A DNA stretch of 62,819 nucleotides, the filler included, from Craspedostauros australis (taxonomy: Eukaryota): assembly GCA_030167865.1 (NCBI GenBank). It is 11 parts of 11 records of this genome, joined end to end, with 100 filler letters (N's around TTAATTAATTAA, not from the genome) between each part and the next. Parts side by side here need not be neighbours in the genome. Positions count along the whole stretch, not along the records: positions 53,525 to 60,337 come from JALAGF010005772.1; positions 60,438 to 62,819 come from JALAGF010005774.1; 9 more parts are not named here. One strand, given 5' to 3'. The notes beneath the pieces were generated by a model, which saw only the letters and a list, made by a program, of their open reading frames with translations, was not told where the DNA came from and ran no database searches. Positions 56,501 to 62,819 of this stretch are shown here, piece after piece. Made by a program: the position numbers and the translations under genes. The first letter of the stretch is position 1; each line of letters opens with the position of its first letter.

Positions 56501-59500
56501 TGAGATATTCCATCAAGTCCATCGATTCGCAGGCGTAGGCGCACATCACCACAATGGAATCGCCGAGCGAAGCATTCGAACAATTGTATCAATGGCCCGA
56601 ACCATGATGATGCATCAAAGCATTCATTGGCCAACGATGTTCGACGCTCAACTGTGGCCAATGGCCGTAGTGCATGCCGCGTACATCTACAATCGCGTGC
56701 CTAACCCCGCCACAGGCCTCACACCTTACGATGTTCTATCACGCATTCGTCTCCCCCTCAAGCAACTTCATAACCTGCACGTGTGGGGTAGTCCAGTCTA
56801 TGTCCTTAACAAAGCATTGGCCGACGGGCGCAAAATACCCCGATGGGAACCAAGAGGAGAGAGATACGTGAACATGGGTCTCTCCACGAAGCATGCCTCA
56901 ACCGTACCCTTGGTCCTATCACCACGGACAGGTTCAATCACACCTCAGTTCCATGTTGTATTCGATGACTGGTTCGCAACGATTGCTACCGACTTGAAGC
57001 AACTTCCAAGCTATCAATCGGAAGAATGGACTCGCATGTTCGGTGATACCACCTTTCAATACCCATTCGACGACGACGATGTGGAATCAATGGAGCAGGA
57101 CGACATCTTCGCATCAGACACGCGAGACCACAACCGGTTACAACGCAATGACGACAATACTCCACCACCGATAACTGAAACGCGAAACCAACGAACCATC
57201 CGTGAAAGAGCGCCACAGGTATTGGCGAAAGAGTCGCAGCCAACGACACAACAGATCCCGGATCTCATGAGTGAAACTCTCGCCCCTCCGATGCCAGCTT
57301 CAGAGGGAGCCAACAAGCAAATGTCTTCGACAGAGGGAGCTCCCTATGAGTCCCCGGTACCTGACTCTACTATAGAGTCACCGGATCAGCGAACACTTCA
57401 ACCGCAATTGAGTTCACCTCTCCGAGAGTCGCCAATTTCAGGACAGGCAACTCCATTACCACCTTTAGCTCCAACTTCAGTTGATACTAAGTCCACGACA
57501 ACTACCACGCCGAAGCCCGAGTCAACGCCATCAAGACCTCGAAGCACGAGAAGTCGCAAACAACCAAAGCGATTCACGTACGCGCGTTTGGGAGGCAAAG
57601 CAGCCTGGTTGGACGACGAGGACACCGACGATTACTACTTCTGCCCCGCAGTAGCTACCTTGGAAGAGATTGACCAGGCCATGACACCCAGGGAATTGCA
57701 CCCCGACTCGTCGTCGATCATAACATTCTCACAAGCTATTGTCGATTGCCTACATACAATTGAACCTCTCCAACGCGAAGGCAGCGACTCTCTCTCTATC
57801 GACCTACATCAATTCAAGGTGGACGCTCACTACTTGTTGCGCAGACTTCGAGGTCGATTCAATACGTTGAATCCACAACCAACCAACATCGTCCTTCCAA
57901 CGTTCACCCCAAAGCCGGCTAAAGCAGAAGAAGCAAGCATCAACATGGCCGATTGGTGGCAGCCGGATCCAGACGACATGGTCGAAGAAGGACCAACGCC
58001 ATTCCAAGACGTCTACGAGGACTTCTACGCGGACATGGAGAGACACTTCGAAGTCGACCTTCACTGCGAGATTCGTTGCGACGACCTCAGGAGACAAGCG
58101 ACTGACTACGCCGTCGGCCAATTCGTTAACAGACTGAGCGCTTTCATACGAACCGGCATCATGAACCCCAGCTTCGATGCTTTTGACTACATGTCATCGG
58201 CCAAACCAGAGCCATGGTCGTATCAGGATCCGGAATACTTGATGATGAAGGGTTTTCTTCCTCCCGAATCCAGAATCAGTGGAAACACATTCTTCAAAAG
58301 GACTCGCTCCGTGTGGAACGCCATCTCTGAGAATCATTGCTATCGTCTCGCATTCGAACTACTCCGTCGTCAAGTCACAACGATTCGTCCAGGGCCATGG
58401 CCACAGCCAAGTGCATTCGAAGTCGAGAAGTTTGTCCAAGGGATGATCGAGACCAACACGGCACCTCTNNNNNNNNNNNNNNNNNNNNNNNNNNNNNNNN
58501 NNNNNNNNNNNNNNNNNNNNNNNNNNNNNNNNNNNNNNNNNNNNNNNNNNNNNNNNNNNNNNNNNNNNNNNNNNNNNNNNNNNNNNNNNCATGCCTACGC
58601 TGTCTCGATCATCGAACCACAACGAGACTCGACAAACTTCCCAACTTACGTTGATGGACACATGATGAGCTACTTCGCAACAGGTGGCGATTTGGATATC
58701 GCCGAACACTCATCCACGTACAAGGCATCCAGCAATGACCCTGATACCCTTTCCTTCGACGAAGCAATTCGCGACGACAACAAGGACGAGTGNNNNNNNN
58801 NNNNNNNNNNNNNNNNNNNNNNNNNNNNNNNNNNNNNNNNNNCACGTACAAGGCATCCAGCAATGACCCTGACACCCTTTCCTTCGACGAAGCAATTCGC
58901 GACGACAACAAGGACGAGTGGATGCAAGCAGCCGAAAAGGAAATCAAGGCACTTACCGAAAAGGGAACATGGGAAGAAATTCAAAAGGCCGACGTCGTCA
59001 ACGATCGAATCTTCCCAGGGACCTGGGTCTTCCGTCGCAAGCGCTTNCCAGATGGTACTATCAAGAAGTACAAGGGTCGCTGGTGTTGCCGCGGAGACCT
59101 CATGAATGAGGATGCATCCACCTACGCACCAGTCGTGGCCTGGTCATCGGTTCGCATCTTCCTGAGCACATCCATTGTGATGGGTTGGACAACCACGTCA
59201 ATCGACTTCACCAACGCCTTCGTGCAGGCCTCCATCCACAAGCCTGTTCATCTTCACCTTCCTCGCGGCTTCAAGTCAAGCAAGGGACCCAACACCTGTC
59301 TCCGACTTTGCAAAAGTCTCTACGGATTGACGATCGCCCCGCGCCTGTGGTACGAGCACCTCATACGAGCTCTAATCACAGTTGGCTTCACAGCCTGCGA
59401 CCAAGAGCAATGCTTGTTCATCAAGCGCAACATCATGATCGTTCTCTACGTTGACGATGCAGGAATTGCCTCCAAGACCAAGAAGGATGCCGACGAATTC

Positions 59501-60337
59501 ATTGCATCAATGCGTGAACTTGGGTTCGAGCTCACTCAGGAAGGCAGCTTCACCGAGTTCCTGGGGATCGAACTCTGCCGCGATCCNAAAGCGGATGTNG
59601 TNCATCTCCGACAGCCAGGATTGATCAAAAAGATCCTGGAGACAACGAAGATGTCGAACTGNAATCCATGTCCGGTACCTACTACCCAACTCGCACTCGG
59701 ACAGTGCAAGGATGAACCAGCCATGAACGAGAAATGGAACTACCGCTCTGTTGTCGGAATGTTGCTCTACCTCACGACGAACACTCGTCCCGATCTCGCC
59801 TTCGCAGTCTCCCAAGTCGCTCGCTTCGGACACGATCCCCGCCGATCACATGCCAAAGCGATCAAGCGCATCATGCGCTATCTCAAGCACACTGAAACCA
59901 TGGGCACCATCGTTCGCCCTACAGGGCAACTCGATCTCAAGTGCTACGTGGACGCTGACTTCGCAGGCCTCTACCAACGTGAGGACAGCAAAGATCCAGT
60001 GTCNGTGAAATCACGCACGGGATATCTCATCACATTGGGTGGATGCCCTCTCATTTGGAAGTCGAAACTCCAAACTGAGATCGCGTTATCCACAATGGAG
60101 TCCGAATACGCCGCTCTCTCCCTGGCAATGCGAACATTGATTCCCATCCAACAGCTCATTCGCCAAGTGATCAATAACGCCGGCACCGACATGCCGCTGC
60201 ACACCAACCTCCAGTGCACTGTCTTCGAGGACAACCAAGCTTGCATTTCTCTAGCCACCAATCACCAGCCGACCGCGCGCACCAAGCATTTTCTGACCAA
60301 GTGGCATTTCTTTTGGTACTGGGTCAAGGCAGGTTTC
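53525..60337 (+). mobile_element. Ty1/copia (CoDi-like) gag-pol, truncated at both ends by spacers
   Basis: Gag knuckle WCAKCRRWRLSHNTESH, protease VWDSGAS, integrase WHYRLGH..CAAC and SVDH/FVDHAS/SDN/NGIAER, RT YKGRWCCRGD, IDFTNAF, SLYGL, LYVDD, RNase H YVDADFAG, STMESEY, EDN. The frame change at about 58800 coincides with a gap. Confidence 0.95.
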
Positions 60338-60437
60338 NNNNNNNNNNNNNNNNNNNNNNNNNNNNNNNNNNNNNNNNNNNNTTAATTAATTAANNNNNNN
60401 NNNNNNNNNNNNNNNNNNNNNNNNNNNNNNNNNNNNN

Positions 60438-60868
60438 GTGACATGATGGTCGTGTGAGAGGAATTCTGAGGAATCGAGGACGATGTGGGATCGATCGATA
60501 CGAAACCTGTGAGGAGATACCGAGATGACTACGAGATGTACTGCATGAGCGTAGAGCGAAATGAAACTACTGAAATACATGATGAGATGCATGCAGAGAG
60601 CAGGAGATGGAATATCTGAGATGAATGATGAGATGCATCGATACTGCAAGATGAGATGTACATGAAGTGCATGATGCATGACATGATGAAGCAGGAGACA
60701 GCACCACATGAGCAAGGGCAAGACTGTGTGCTACTGTGGATTATGTATGCTATGGCAAATGGAATTGAAAGAGATGGAGATGTTGTACTCACAGTTCCAA
60801 CAATGCAACAACAGGAATAGGTAATCAGATACTACTACTAGAGACTGGGTTACCCCGGATTTCCAACA
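60438..60868 (+). mobile_element. Partial LTR (probably a 5' LTR) related to 20964-21769
   Basis: Ends gagactgggttaccccggatttccaaca; ~85-bp near identity with 21684-21769; ATGAG/ATGC-rich body. Confidence 0.75.
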
Positions 60869-60881
60869 CGTTTCGAAACGT
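60868..60881 (+). promoter_or_regulatory. 14-bp perfect palindrome ACGTTTCGAAACGT at the primer-binding-site position
   Basis: Starts on the last base of the LTR and shares the CGTTT-NN-AAACG core with 20844-20857. Confidence 0.7.
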
Positions 60882-62819
60882 TATGATTGAAATCCAACGT
60901 TTCCACCACCACCAACACTAGCCCACATCATCATCATCGACATGACCATCAACCACACCCAGGACCATCGCGAATAATGGTCCCCTGTGTCAAGAGAGAG
61001 GAGAACAAGAGGTTCTGGAGCATGACGCTCCTTGTCAATGGACGCCAAGAACGGCATGGCAACCCCCACATGAACGACGATGTCGAGACGATGATGATCG
61101 ANNNNNNNNNNNNNNNNAGTCCACCAGCAGAGTGGAGACCGCAGCTGAAGCAACTACAAGCACAACAAGTATTGCTGGAAGCAAGGAGGCGCTCGGAACA
61201 CGCGCATTGGAAGAACTGTCCATGGTCATAGGACCATGAAGTCAAGGAAGGCACACAGAGACCTTCGAGGCTGTGTTGGAGTACGAGAGCAAGCTGTACG
61301 CAAGAAGAGATTCGGACGCAGCAGACCACGCTCTCGGATGCATCGTATTCAGCAGACTGCGCTATGAAGGCGAGATAGCTGAAGGAGCTCAACGAGATGC
61401 AATCGAGGAAGCAATGAGAGCTTCCAACCTACCCGTGCAAGGCACGGAGCGAGCTCAGATCCACTCGGTCGATATGAAAGCCAAGATGGATAAGGAGCAA
61501 CACAGATCGCCGATGCTGAACGTCTGCGCGCATGGCATACGCGGCGCGATCCAGAATGATCAAGATCTACGCAGAGATGGGCGTGGCCCATAGTCGTCAT
61601 CATATCAAGAGTGACGTGAGGAGCAGCAATGGAAGCATCAAGACGATCACATGGCGCCGATTGCCATTGTGTGATACGGAGCTCGATTGTTGGCTGCGAT
61701 TCCTACTGCGATATGATCGAGGAGGTAAGAATGCAATCTACCAGCCATGAATTGGCGACAACAACGAAAATAGCAACACAAGAAGTGTATGCTGCGGTGA
61801 GCAGGGAAAGCGCTGTAACAAAGCTGGACAGGAGGTCCCACCGCGCTTCGATCCCCAAACTCAAGACGGAAGACGAGGAACAGGAGGTATCCTCGCCATC
61901 AATGAAGATGATGACTCAAGACATCCGCGGAGCTGTGAGCCTCATCTACGACCGCCACCGTATCAAAAACGGTTATAAATGCGCACGAGGCAACAGCGGT
62001 GAGAGCGAGATTGCGTTGACTACGGATCGATCGGTTCAGGATCAACTGTCCTAACCACGATGCCCACGATAGTGAGATGAAGGTAGCCGGGTTGGCCAAG
62101 GTCGCGACAGACGGGATGGACGGGATGGATGACATCGCTCTCATCGCAAACGACGAGCCGATGTCCATGCCCATCAACGAAAATGTGGTCGGCATCAAAA
62201 TTGTGACCAACACGAAATTCGTGGCCATCACCGAAATCGCGAACAACAACAAAATGTGACCATCGGAAACTACGCGATGATGCGCGACGGCAAAGCAATC
62301 AAACAGGATGTCAGCGTCAACGAAATGACAATGACCGGAGTGGACGCCGACGAGGAGATTGACAGCACTATCCATGAGCTGGTACAATATCTCACCCTAA
62401 TTTGGAGCTACTTCGACAGAAAGACTGAAGAGGCGTCACGTCAGGGCATGAACAACGCATGGTATCCGTTGCGCTCGAAGCGCGGCCCATTGAATGCATG
62501 GTGCATGGACTGCCAAGAAACTGCAGTCCTCACCCAGATTCCGGACGGCCCAAGAGGAGCAATCCCACGGACCAAAGCGGAAAGGGAGGAGCGCAGAGGA
62601 CTGCTCATGAACGCAGGTCCGATCTGCCTCTTATGTCGATACTCGTTGAGCAACATGATGTCTGCCAACGATGTGCGCTTCGAGGTCTCGAGGATCTGCT
62701 ACGATGCGATCGACGACTTCGAAAGTCGACTATGCAGATGCGCATACCCACACGCGTTGCACTACAGAATGCATGAGATTGGCGTGCGGAGTGCACTCGA
62801 CGTGGCTCGCAACGTGCAC
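60882..62819 (+). mobile_element. Putative degenerate internal region of the LTR element
   Basis: Follows LTR + palindrome; A/G-rich with only short broken ORFs. At most weak echoes of gag (AYAARS, GCDSYCD). Confidence 0.35.

Noticed and set aside
55344..58921. Duplicated protease-region segment and apparent programmed frameshift before RT
   Set aside because: Both repeats (55344-55543 vs 55768-55966, and 58715-58792 vs 58843-58921) flank gaps, and the frame change comes from arbitrary gap length.
4773..60393. Ten recurring TTAATTAATTAA motifs (possible repeat or piggyBac TTAA sites)
   Set aside because: Always centred in exactly 44 N on each side, so they are artificial spacers; they also cause the false LIN/N ORF ends.

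Overview
Eukaryotic DNA, almost certainly from a diatom (ASAFAP-like plastid presequence, diatom-type SLC4, CoDi-like copia elements, Ambal-like LINE). The window is not one locus: ten artificial 100-bp spacers (44 N + TTAATTAATTAA + 44 N) join 11 segments, so neighbourhoods across spacers mean nothing. Host genes are an SLC4 bicarbonate transporter (2 exons, 3'-truncated), a secreted mucin-like Cys-rich repeat protein, a 3-exon plastid-targeted protein resembling pyrenoid-shell (PyShell) proteins, a STAND-type NTPase split by one in-frame TAG, and a diatom-family gene interrupted by a LINE. The rest is mostly transposons: several Ty1/copia pieces and LTRs, a nearly intact two-ORF LINE (APE-RT-RNase H), a decayed piggyBac, a CryptonS-like fragment and a relic combining a YqaJ-like nuclease with a piggyBac-type Cys-rich domain. 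Best leads: covarying 14-bp palindromes where the tRNA primer-binding site should be in two LTR families; the three-domain PyShell-like protein with aromatic repeat motifs; the YqaJ plus piggyBac-CRD relic; a double-hairpin 3' signal shared by two LINE-type ends; and unexplained inserts in copia polyproteins. All family names come from motif recognition by eye; no database search was run.
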